From: Setoptus koraiensis
Taxonomy: Eukaryota > Animalia > Arthropoda
Assembly (NCBI GenBank): GCA_048013815.1
Contig: CM106586.1
Span: 20,770,001 to 20,834,000, forward strand
Direction: 5' to 3'
DNA length: 64,000 nt
The position numbers and the translations under genes are program-made. The notes under the pieces were generated by a model. It was not told the DNA's origin. It saw only the letters and a program-made list of their open reading frames with translations, and did not search any database. Shown here piece by piece: positions 31,552-41,825 of the stretch (position 1 is the stretch's first letter; every line of letters starts with the position of its first letter).

Positions 31552-33270
31552 TCAGGATCCAGTGTACGTCAGGTGATGATTGTATTGGAAAATGTGCCTC
31601 TCAAACAGCCTCGATATTGACAATAATTTTCTATCTTGAAATTGACCTGATATTAGCTGTAGACCAATAGGCAGACCAGCCGAGCTTATAGTAACGGGAA
31701 GATGAATGGAGGGCAACCCAGCTAGATTGGCCGGAATCAAACAATAGTCTTCAGCAAATAGTTTGTTTTCGTCTTGTTTGCGCAACCATTCAATGTTCTT
31801 CGTGGCCGTGGTGGGTGTTGATGGTACTAGAATCACATCTACTCCTCTGTTATTATCACTATTATTGCTATTATTATTATCATTATTATGATTGAAAGCT
31901 CTAACAAAATCTTGATAGACTAATTGGCGCACTTTCAACGCTTGAAAATAGTACTTTTGCTTATTATCGCCATGGAGAAAATAATTGCCTAGTAAGATTC
32001 GCTTTTTCACCTCTGAATTGAATCCTTGATCTCTATTCAATTTATACCACTCGTCACGATCGAAGGCATTGTTATTGTGTGTTTTTGATAGAGCCGATCT
32101 ATCACTAAAACCATATCTAACACCATCGTAGCATGACATATTGGAGGCCACTTCGCAGCTGCTCAGTATTGTATAACATTCAGTCGAATGTATGATATTA
32201 GGTGTGGATATCCGGACAATATCAAATATTGTGCCGAAATCGCTACCTATTAATTTTATAGTGTTTTCCCAGAGTGAACAGACCTCTTGGGATAATTCTC
32301 CACATCTACTGAACTCATCCGGTATGCCTATTCTTATTTTCCTCCCATTCAAATTTCCCATCTCCAGCACATTACTATAGTCATACTGTTCACAGTGACT
32401 ACCATTGACGCCCATTCGAGCTTTGTCCAAATCCAACGAGGTCAAGTCATTTTCGTCGGCACCCACCATGTGCTCGAATATCACCTCGACATCGTCAACA
32501 TGCCTCGCCAATATACTGACGGTATCCAATGAATGTGCCAGAGGTATTAAACCAAATCGCGATATAATCCCATAGGAAGGTTTAAAACCGACAACCCCCA
32601 CCATACTGGCTGGATGACGATTTGAGCCGCCAGTATCTGTACCGATGGCACCAAACACCGATCCGGTGGCCACAGCTACGGCGCTACCCGTGGAGCTTCC
32701 TCCCGCCATGTACCATGTTTCAGGAGCATCCAAATTGAATTGATTATCACTGGCGATAGTCTCGGTTGACTTGCCGTCTGGCTCTTTTAACTGAGCCATG
32801 CTTTTGAAATGCGGCTGACCAAAAGATCCCCAAGGATTGGCCGTGGGACCATAGTGAGATGTGACACTACTAGAGCCCATAGCGAACTCGTCCAAGTTTG
32901 TTTTGCCCAGCATAATTGCACCAGAATTGTTGCACAGCTTATCGACTATTGTGGCGTCATAGGGCGGATAGTAATTGGCCAACATTTTAGATCCGCACGA
33001 GGTGAGAATATTCTTGGTGCAGAAATTATCCTTTATTGCGATGGGAATGCCGTTCAAGAGGGTTCCTTTTGTACTAGGTTCATGATGATCCAAGGTTTGA
33101 GCCTTTTCCAAGGCCAAATCTTTATTTATTGTAATGAAGGCATTCAAATATTTTGTTTCGCTGGCTATCCTGAGACATTCTTTACATAATCGTGTGGCAG
33201 TGATCTCTTTCTGACGCAGTAGTTTGCTCACATCTCTGATGCACAAACTGGCTAGAGTGTTGCCATTCAT
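31552..33270 (-). CDS. QRSL1: Mitochondrial glutamyl-tRNA(Gln) amidotransferase subunit A (amidase signature), 572 aa, intronless
   Basis: IAIKDNF, GKTNLDEFAMGS, GGSSTGSA, GTDTGGS, GFKPSYG, SRFGLIPL, SNMSCYDGVRYG, EVKKRILLGNYFL, PANLAGLPSI. Confidence 0.95.
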   Translation of the reverse strand: MNGNTLASLCIRDVSKLLRQKEITATRLCKECLRIASETKYLNAFITINKDLALEKAQTLDHHEPSTKGTLLNGIPIAIKDNFCTKNILTSCGSKMLANYYPPYDATIVDKLCNNSGAIMLGKTNLDEFAMGSSSVTSHYGPTANPWGSFGQPHFKSMAQLKEPDGKSTETIASDNQFNLDAPETWYMAGGSSTGSAVAVATGSVFGAIGTDTGGSNRHPASMVGVVGFKPSYGIISRFGLIPLAHSLDTVSILARHVDDVEVIFEHMVGADENDLTSLDLDKARMGVNGSHCEQYDYSNVLEMGNLNGRKIRIGIPDEFSRCGELSQEVCSLWENTIKLIGSDFGTIFDIVRISTPNIIHSTECYTILSSCEVASNMSCYDGVRYGFSDRSALSKTHNNNAFDRDEWYKLNRDQGFNSEVKKRILLGNYFLHGDNKQKYYFQALKVRQLVYQDFVRAFNHNNDNNNSNNSDNNRGVDVILVPSTPTTATKNIEWLRKQDENKLFAEDYCLIPANLAGLPSIHLPVTISSAGLPIGLQLISGQFQDRKLLSISRLFERHIFQYNHHLTYTGS

Positions 33271-34351
33271 TGTTTGTTACATGGGCTAATAATTTTTGTA
33301 TTTTTCAACAATGAAAGTTAATAATATTGACTAATAAACATCAAACCTCAGCAACTTTGCTATTATGATAGCAAAGTTGTATTTGTGAAATAACGTTTTC
33401 AGTGGAAGTTTCCCATTCAACCGCCCGCGTCAGCTGACTCACTGTAACACGTGATAGTTGTTGTGTCTTGTTTATGTATGGTTTCATCTAACAAGGACGC
33501 CAACAACGGCAGGTTATTGAACTCTACCAAGTACCGTTACATTTGCTTGATTATCAGAGTTAATATCAGCGATAAAAATCACTTGCAATAACTGTAACTA
33601 ACAAACTGACAATCTTGTGAATCAACTCTCGAAAATAGCGTGACTCTCAAGCATACAATACGCTAGCCAGACAATGATAAGCCACCATGAACCAAGCATA
33701 TTCTTCTGTTGATAGCAGCTAGTAATATAAGTATTTTACTTCTAACAAGACAGGACAAACGATGAAATAAGATGTTGTTTTTACAATTACAATGTGTTGG
33801 GTCTTAGTCAGATAGACTCTGGTGATAGAATCTAATATTCAAATATGTTGACCAATGCTTCACAGCTCGCTGTAACAAACCATCATGTTTAGCCGAGACC
33901 TCTTAATCACCTATCTGACAATATTCATTGTGGACACGGCCTGCCGGGCTGTCTCCATCTCAATGGTATTCATCAACAAATTTATTCTTATTGACGCTAT
34001 TTTGGGTGACGAATTAACCGTTTTTATACTCTATTCAAATGCATGTTCTCATCAGTCATACTAGTCGCTCAATCATCTCACGACGACTGCACTCGAATTA
34101 ATCAACCGCTAATCTATATTCTCTTTAACCCAGCCATTTTTGTGTACCATCGAAAGGAGCGTCTAATCGCATCATTACACATGTCGGTACCCATTCATTT
34201 TGTGTGGAGCCCGAACTCACATTTCCGGTCGGTGAACATTTTTTCCTTCCTCATGTCTTGTTGCTGATCTACTAGAACATGGCTTTGGAGTTTGAAATAG
34301 CATTAATGAAAGCATTGTCATTAACGAGTTTTCGAATCGTTTACAACAGAC

Positions 34352-35010
34352 TATCTAGAATGCCTCAATCAAGTTGAGAAGACTATTACCAGGGTCGAGA
34401 CGGCATATCACACACAGATGATCGCATCCGAGCATTCATATCAGTGTTTCTTGGGTCGTCTCAATATCCCAGCCATATGCTACTGTTCCTCGATCAGCAC
34501 GAGCTCAAAATGGACACAATGCTAACTGCCTGTATCTCCCAGCTCAAGCGATTCCCTGTTAGAGTCCACGACTCCTTCAGTTTAAGTAAAGGCAATACAA
34601 TAGGTGTCTGCTCTGAAATATTTCAACACACATCAGCTGGAATTTAATCTGCAACGTAACCCTCAATGTCAGCGTTTGAGACGATGGTGAAGGAGCCCAG
34701 TCAAGATTGATTTTTTGGCTGGAGTTCAAGAAAAATACCGACCAACCAACCAGAAAAATACCTGACAGTATGGGCATGCTAAGATGCGCGACAGCGCTGA
34801 TAACTTGGATGATAATAATTCTAATGACGATCTCGATGATAGTATAGTCGCCAATACACAGCATCAAGGGCGACATTGGCTGCAATTATCCATCGGAGAA
34901 CATGTTCTTCCCTACAATGCATGTATGACTGTTTACCAAGCGATAAGACAATTTAGTAACTTAGCGGATAATGGCGACGGTTTGCATAATGAAGATCCGG
35001 ATATACTTCT
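34352..35010 (+). pseudogene. TRIP12: Fragment of a TRIP12-like HECT E3 ligase gene, with stops and frameshifts
   Basis: Collinear pieces LECLNQV, RIRAFISVFLGS, CISQLKRFPVRVHD, SALKYFNTHQLEFNLQRNP..W*RSPVKIDFLA, and RHWLQLSIGEHVLPYNACMTVYQAIRQFS resemble the TRIP12 middle region ([59 protein letters not shown]). Confidence 0.85.
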
Positions 35011-35262
35011 CAACTTCTCTACACATCATCATAAACAGTGCAGGTACACGTAGAGAAGATGTCCGCCAGCAAATTTGAGTCTATCCAGCAACAAAATGGA
35101 ATAACTTGATTTACTTGACACTTTAATCAATGAAACTGAGCGCTAACATAATATTATCAATAATCTGGTAATGATATGAAATTAAAACGGTTGATGAACA
35201 TTGCATTCATTTATTTTTTTTTTGTGCCACAATAGATATGGTCACGTATGGCCACTATACTA

Positions 35263-35849
35263 ACAAGGTAAGGGTCACAACTGTCACACCCAGATTTGGT
35301 TCTAATGTACCAAAACGTGTTCAGCTCAATGCCCTGAACAAGAATCGGTGTCGGCTTTTCCCGACTTTTTCCTGGTTCGCGAGATATTCTGGTTTTTCTG
35401 GTGCTTAGGGGGCGCCACGCTCTATGGGAAAATGCATGTAAATCTGTGCGCGCACTATTTTATGCAATCTTCGCTCTTCTATCTTGGCTCTTCTTTCTTG
35501 TGTCTTTACACACCTTCTTCCTGCGCATTATCTAACTCTATCGCATGCAGGGAAGAAGGGTTATGTAACAGTGATAAAATCTTCGAATAAAATATATAAT
35601 ATGATAGCAGTAGTGATAGGCAAGTAACATGTGCGCGCACTAATAGTGCAAAAGCGTGCGCGCACAGATTTTGCATGCATTTTCCCATAGAGAGTGGCGC
35701 CCCCTAAGCACCAGAAAAACCAGAATATCTCGCGAACCAGGAAAAAGTCGGGAAAAGCCGACACCGATTCTTGTTCAGGGCATTGAGCTGAACACGTTTT
35801 GGTACATTAGAACCAAATCTGGGTGTGACAGTTGTGACCCTTACCTTGT
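35263..35849. mobile_element. Non-autonomous foldback/MITE-like element with ~193-bp near-perfect terminal inverted repeats and a ~200-bp spacer
   Basis: 35263-35455 is the reverse complement of 35656-35849, identical over about 155 bp and then 2 small differences. No clean target-site duplication is visible. Confidence 0.8.
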
Positions 35850-36166
35850 AAGCGGGTGCTTGAACAAATGATCGTCCTAGGTGCTTGTCTATAAACTCGT
35901 GGCGCAAGTCCGAAGAATCTTTAGACAAATGATGTGTTAATGTCTCTAATAAGTTATATTTAATAGATACAACAAGGAAGTAATTAATGTAATATTGGTG
36001 AGTATTCTTAGAACACAAACGCTCATATATATAGAGTTATTATTAAATAATGATGATATCAGCACAATAATAACTCTATATCGCATGATGGCTAAGAGTG
36101 TATAAAATGTATTTCTTGCCAGGATAAAGATGCTCAAATAGATTGAATAAAGAACAGTTGTTGATA

Positions 36167-39100
36167 TCATGCATTAATCTTGATGTCGTCACGGCAAAAA
36201 TAACTTCTCATTAGATAGGTCATGGTTCCATAAGTTCCACTCGGAGGACTATCATACAATCTTTGACAAATTTCGGCCGCTCCACCGCATGGTATCACAG
36301 GCGGCCCGCCATCTAAAGGGGCACAACAACGAGTAGAGTTACCTTTATTTCTTCGTTGCTCATTCAGATATATTTCATGGGCATTACGAACAATTTGCTC
36401 GATTTCTATTATCTGACCAAGCTCATTGACTATATTGTTTTCAACCATAAGAGTTAATACCATCAGCGCTTCCACCATTAATTGTCGGTATTCTGGTTGG
36501 GGTACACTAGTTAGTACTTGCTCCACCTGAAGTGCGAACTTCAATTCACCTGAAGTCATCTCTCTTGTCAGTTGATTCATGAGTACACGACCGTTAATAC
36601 TAATACCATGACACCTTTCAAGTAGAGACCAAACTCTCGGATAGAACCCGACTGGTACTCTATTGAGAGCTCCGTCTAAGCGTCGTCTGCGCAACCACTG
36701 ACCTTCTCGATCGTTTTCGCTTTCATAATCTTCTACCTCTTGATGACCAGACTCGAATAGATTTGATGCCGTGGACAAGAATCTGCTACGTATGCTCACC
36801 ATAGATTTAACAACTTGATTTTTTTCAATGTTGTAGTCTAGAGATAGACCTGATCTTAGATGTTTGACATCAAATTCACGCCCACTCAATATGTGATGCA
36901 ACAGAGTCTTCACTTCGAATGGACTCAAATTCAACAAATGATCACTGGCCTCATCGCCAGAGCATTTTAAAGATCGGCCTAACTCAGATGCCATAACCTG
37001 AATTATCAAACCAACTCTTAGACGCAACATCTCAGAGAAAAGTCTTGGCTCTGTCCTTATGAATATACCTAGGTAGACCAACATTTCTTGGGTCAACATG
37101 GCAGTACTTTGATCTCCACCATGGGCCCTACTAATGTGGGCCCTGAGATCCTTTGAGGTCATAGGACGGCTGATAGTGTATTCATAGTGAGGCGGCATGC
37201 CAACTGTCACTTGTTTCTGCCTAACGAGTAAATCCGTCAATGATTTGGCCAAATCTTCTACATGTTTATCCAGTATGCCAGCAATGTGACGCACGAGAGC
37301 CCATTTCTTCTGTTTGCATGCCTTTTCATACATGTCTTTCACCATGTCATTCACCGAAACAGATGCTGATGTACCCAAATCTTCATCAGTCAATGTCATT
37401 CTCCAGTTCATTCCTTTGTTGTAAACAAGATAATGTAAGAGATCGCCTTGCTCATCCAAGGATTCTGCATCTTTAAACATTTGTATTATGTCTTCGTCGC
37501 TCACATTCTCATCAATCTGTAAATCAGAGAGTTTCGAACGATTTTCGTTTGGACTTGACGGGTTTGGACTTGAATTTGTGACTAGTAGACTGGGAGGACG
37601 AGGTGACAATCTTTCGGGCAAATGTCGCCTTTCAATCAGGTAAGCATCATCTGAGCTATGCTCGGGTTCCTCTGCAACAAAAGACGATAATGAGATATCA
37701 TTGGCTGATCTGTTGTAGTTAGTCCTGAGACCATTATCTAGACTGCTCATATCCATGATATTGTGGCTCGAAACTGAAGTTGGTAGTCCTCGCCACCTCT
37801 CATCTTTTGCATATTGATCACGTAGCTGAGCCAATTCTGGATCGAATTGATCTACTTGAATAGATCGAGATCTTTTTATAATACCAGCCAACCCGAGGGT
37901 TCTAGTTTTCATAGTCTTGCTGTGACTTGAGGTTTTTCTTAGTGGTTTCATAGGTTTTTTCTTCTTATCCGCTTCTTGCTTCAGATAATCTTTGACGCTA
38001 GCTCCAAGTCCATCGGGATCGCCCTCCTCAATGTTGCTAAGGAAACTTAAATCTGTGATGCAAGATGTGCTTAGAAAATCAGCAAACGTACCAAGTGCAA
38101 CTCTGGTATCATTTATGTAACCGCTCTTGATCTTTCTCAAAGTAGTTAGCATGGACATGGGAATCCTATCATGTTCTTGATCAATGACGTCCTTTCCTAG
38201 CCTCAAGACGACTACTGGCCGTCCAAGGATTCTCCATGATTGTTTGAGGAAGGCTATTTCGTTTTTGAGACTATCGAATAGAAGGTCGACATCAGATGCA
38301 ACGTAATAACGTTGCGGGTCAGCGAATTGAGGCGTAAACGCAAGGGTTCTGTCTTCGAATTTGTAGAGCTTCGACGTACTCAACAGTCCAACATCAAGTG
38401 ATTTACGTCCTGATAAATTCAATTTTTTATGCTTTCCTAGAAATGAGTATAGATGACTTAGAACCCCCGCCGGATGTATTTCAATTGAGTCTACTTGATC
38501 CGCCATCTGAACTATGATATCATGATGACGCAGTTTTTCTTGAATCTGGGTATCTTCCGCCAGAATAACTACTTGCACAACAACATCTGGTCTCTTGTTC
38601 GCTCCTAGACGACGATTCAATGGATCTAGCTCGCCAACGGCGATAAATCCCTCAAGTAGGAGTCGTGATATTATATATAAGGATTGAGCCCACATAAATG
38701 GTAGTTGTCCAATAGGCACGCGATCTTGGCTATGAGGATCTTTGTATTCCAACTCAACCTTCTCGGCCGTGACAGTGTACTGTTCTGGAACTAGCTTAAT
38801 TCCGTCATCGCGTTTGATCAAAATTTTATCCAATTGTTCGGCATATTGTTCAGCCGCCTCGATATCTCCAAAGAAGCATGCATCTAGAATAAGATAACAG
38901 AAGAACAATGGCCATTCACATTCAATATTTTCAAACACTTTTAGTTCCCAGGGTTCATAGTATAGTCGCGTTGGATCTTCTCTGGCTGTTCTGTACCCAT
39001 CACGTAAAAATCTTTTGCATCCATAGCGCCCACCAAGCTTTGTGATAATAGTTTTTCTAGTTAATTCAATCAATTCTGCATCTTCGACAGCAAATGCGGG

Positions 39101-39910
39101 AAATCCAATTACTGGTAAAAGTGCGGCATCTACTTCTTTTGAGTTACTTTCTCTAGGTAACATAGATTGAAGAACAGCATGACATTTTTGTGAATTGTCA
39201 GGTAATACATGTATAACAGAAGATGGACCCCCTCGGCCACCAAATAGATCTAGTTCGTTCATTGCCTCCAAGGCTGCTTTGGCCAAACCTATAGATGAGC
39301 CATTTAGCTCAGGTAGTCCATGATTAGTTTTGTCTCCTCTCTCCCAGATTCCGTAGTCTGGAACACAATAAGATAGCTCAATGTAGAAGACTAAATTTTG
39401 AATAAACGCCACTTCGTCTAAATTGAATATTATCTGCAAACCACTAGCTGTCATCTGTGCTAGTATCAAGAGGTACAAACTTGTGGCGTCTAATTGAAGA
39501 TGTCCCCAATCGGCATCACCAACCACCGTTGATATGGTAGAAGCCGAGTATTTGGCGTGCAATGCATCTGAAGGTGATTGAGTTTCCTTGAATTTCTCAA
39601 CCTTGTCAACTTGACGTATCATGGCCATCAATAGACCTCTCATTAGTTTGACGCAACTTTGTTCCAATTCGTAAGTTTTGGCCCGATCTTCGTCTAAATC
39701 AGCGTTCTTCTTATAAGCCATAGAGAGGCCCCAGACAGCGAGTATAGAGTAGACATTGTCGCGTACCCAAGCATGATCATTAGTAGTTGTTGTGGGTAAC
39801 AGACCGGAGACTGGATTTTGATGGTCTAGGATTGTCCTGTATACTATCCTTTGATAATAGTCTAGCCTTTGGCCAGAGTTGCTTCTACTTCTCATCTTCT
39901 TGCTAGTCAT
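36167..39910 (-). CDS. PHKA: Phosphorylase b kinase regulatory subunit alpha, 1247 aa, intronless
   Basis: RSRSNSGQRLDYY, ILDHQNPVSGLLP, HAWVRDNVYSILAVWGL, WGHLQLDATS, DYGIWERGDKTNHGLPELN, RFLRDGY, ECEWPLF, WLRRRRLDGALNRVP, LYDSPPSGTYGTMTYL. Confidence 0.96.
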   Translation of the reverse strand: MTSKKMRSRSNSGQRLDYYQRIVYRTILDHQNPVSGLLPTTTTNDHAWVRDNVYSILAVWGLSMAYKKNADLDEDRAKTYELEQSCVKLMRGLLMAMIRQVDKVEKFKETQSPSDALHAKYSASTISTVVGDADWGHLQLDATSLYLLILAQMTASGLQIIFNLDEVAFIQNLVFYIELSYCVPDYGIWERGDKTNHGLPELNGSSIGLAKAALEAMNELDLFGGRGGPSSVIHVLPDNSQKCHAVLQSMLPRESNSKEVDAALLPVIGFPAFAVEDAELIELTRKTIITKLGGRYGCKRFLRDGYRTAREDPTRLYYEPWELKVFENIECEWPLFFCYLILDACFFGDIEAAEQYAEQLDKILIKRDDGIKLVPEQYTVTAEKVELEYKDPHSQDRVPIGQLPFMWAQSLYIISRLLLEGFIAVGELDPLNRRLGANKRPDVVVQVVILAEDTQIQEKLRHHDIIVQMADQVDSIEIHPAGVLSHLYSFLGKHKKLNLSGRKSLDVGLLSTSKLYKFEDRTLAFTPQFADPQRYYVASDVDLLFDSLKNEIAFLKQSWRILGRPVVVLRLGKDVIDQEHDRIPMSMLTTLRKIKSGYINDTRVALGTFADFLSTSCITDLSFLSNIEEGDPDGLGASVKDYLKQEADKKKKPMKPLRKTSSHSKTMKTRTLGLAGIIKRSRSIQVDQFDPELAQLRDQYAKDERWRGLPTSVSSHNIMDMSSLDNGLRTNYNRSANDISLSSFVAEEPEHSSDDAYLIERRHLPERLSPRPPSLLVTNSSPNPSSPNENRSKLSDLQIDENVSDEDIIQMFKDAESLDEQGDLLHYLVYNKGMNWRMTLTDEDLGTSASVSVNDMVKDMYEKACKQKKWALVRHIAGILDKHVEDLAKSLTDLLVRQKQVTVGMPPHYEYTISRPMTSKDLRAHISRAHGGDQSTAMLTQEMLVYLGIFIRTEPRLFSEMLRLRVGLIIQVMASELGRSLKCSGDEASDHLLNLSPFEVKTLLHHILSGREFDVKHLRSGLSLDYNIEKNQVVKSMVSIRSRFLSTASNLFESGHQEVEDYESENDREGQWLRRRRLDGALNRVPVGFYPRVWSLLERCHGISINGRVLMNQLTREMTSGELKFALQVEQVLTSVPQPEYRQLMVEALMVLTLMVENNIVNELGQIIEIEQIVRNAHEIYLNEQRRNKGNSTRCCAPLDGGPPVIPCGGAAEICQRLYDSPPSGTYGTMTYLMRSYFCRDDIKINA

Positions 39911-41825
39911 ATCATTCGAGCTGATATTTCTATTGTTTGATTTGAAGGCTAAATTTGTTAAAATCTAAAAGGATACAAACAGATAATATCTAAGGAAATG
40001 CTCATTATTTGGTTTCGCCGTATATAGTGTGTGTCATCTAGAGGAAAGACGGCACGATGTTAATTATGGTGATACTGTATTGATAGGGGGTCTGATGAAA
40101 CCAGCTTTCAAAAGACAAACAATCTATACTTGAGTTACTTTTTAATAATAATTAATTAGCAATCATTAAATTTTGCCGGTCCAATATGTAGATTAGAGTT
40201 GACGACCAATAGACTCTATAGATGATGATAATATTTCAAAACAGTGTTTGTGATAAAAAAAGATGATCAACAAGTTACAGCTTTGTACAATATAATTAAG
40301 TATGCTTATGGCATGGCACTAATAGCAAACAATCATATATTGATATCGACTTGATTTCTTGTTATCTGTACAACAATGTAAAGGAAGTGATAATAATATA
40401 ATAGTAATACATAGAGATATGATACTATGTTAGATAAATATATATATAGCGACCATATAACATTATGACACTGGCGTCAATAGTTTTGTGGGCGTCTACG
40501 GACACCGGCGGACTGGAGCGGGCCGATCACGGGTCTATTATTTGTGTGCATGTGCTTGTGCTGAGATACTTGAGGCTCCGAGATCGCGGTCGAGATGTTT
40601 CATCATATTTTCTCCTTGTATCGTACCGACGGATGACGTTCGTTGCAGTTAGTCAACATCATAGGATTTTGTCACCATTTTTGTTGTGAATGATCTAATT
40701 ACATAAATTTACTTGTCCACTTGTGACTGTTTCTCCACCAAGCCTGCATTGGCTAGACCCGGCCGGATGAGCCCGTTGTCGGCACGCCCACGGATTAGTC
40801 ATAATGCGAGCGCATCGAGTCGCTGGGGACAAAGTCGAATTTATTACTATTGTGTGAGTGCGCCTCCGTTAGACACAGACCGTGTGACACAATGCAAGAT
40901 GCACGACAATTGTAAACAATCTTTGCATCCACAAATCTGCAGTTTGCGTGTGTCTCGGCAGCGATGCCAGTCCTGCTGTGCTGCTGATGTTAGTGTACGT
41001 GCCAATCAGCGTGCTCACACACATACGGGAATAGCAGTAGCGCACAAATAATGCAGGGTCCCCCTGATTTCATCGAAACGTCAAGTCACCGAGCACTCAC
41101 TTCACCTAAAATTACGCTGCACCTAAACGCACTTTTTACACTTGTAGCTAACATGCAATTCATCTAAAATTTAATCGAACTACGTCTGAAAATCTATTCG
41201 ATTTCATCGATCCACACATGAATTGCAAGGAGACAATTGCGAAGGGCGCAGACTATTAGCGGAAAATTTAAAACTACAAAACTATTCGTTCATAAGCCAT
41301 CTCTTTAGCAAGCCAATCTGGTCCACGAGAGTTTGAGAGCACCACCAAAAAATGATCATTCCCGAGGGCTAGGAGTCCAATGAGTGGGGTTGAGACAGGC
41401 CTCGCTAACGTGCACAAGCAGACGGTATTCACGCGCAAATCGACAAAATCAAACATTTCGATTAGCGCTCTCTAAATGAAGTGCAATCTGGTGGAATTGT
41501 TCATGAACGAATAATGGCTAGTACACTGTAGAATGTGCGCGCAAACAAACGATAACGTTCGATGTGGAGTGCAATGATTTGCGAAAAGCATGTTCTAAAT
41601 TCCGTCCCCCCACGTTGCGGCACAGCAGCGCACCAACGTGCCGAGGCACGATTGCGTTGGTGAGATTTTTATTATTTTTCTCGAATCTCAATATCATATT
41701 TATCAATGATCTCTCACAACGAAAGGCGACCATTCCATTTTGGTAGCATCCGCGGACACGAGACGCCCATCTTGTCCTCTGCCATCAATCATATCAATAG
41801 CTAGAATATTTTTACTTTAGAAGCC

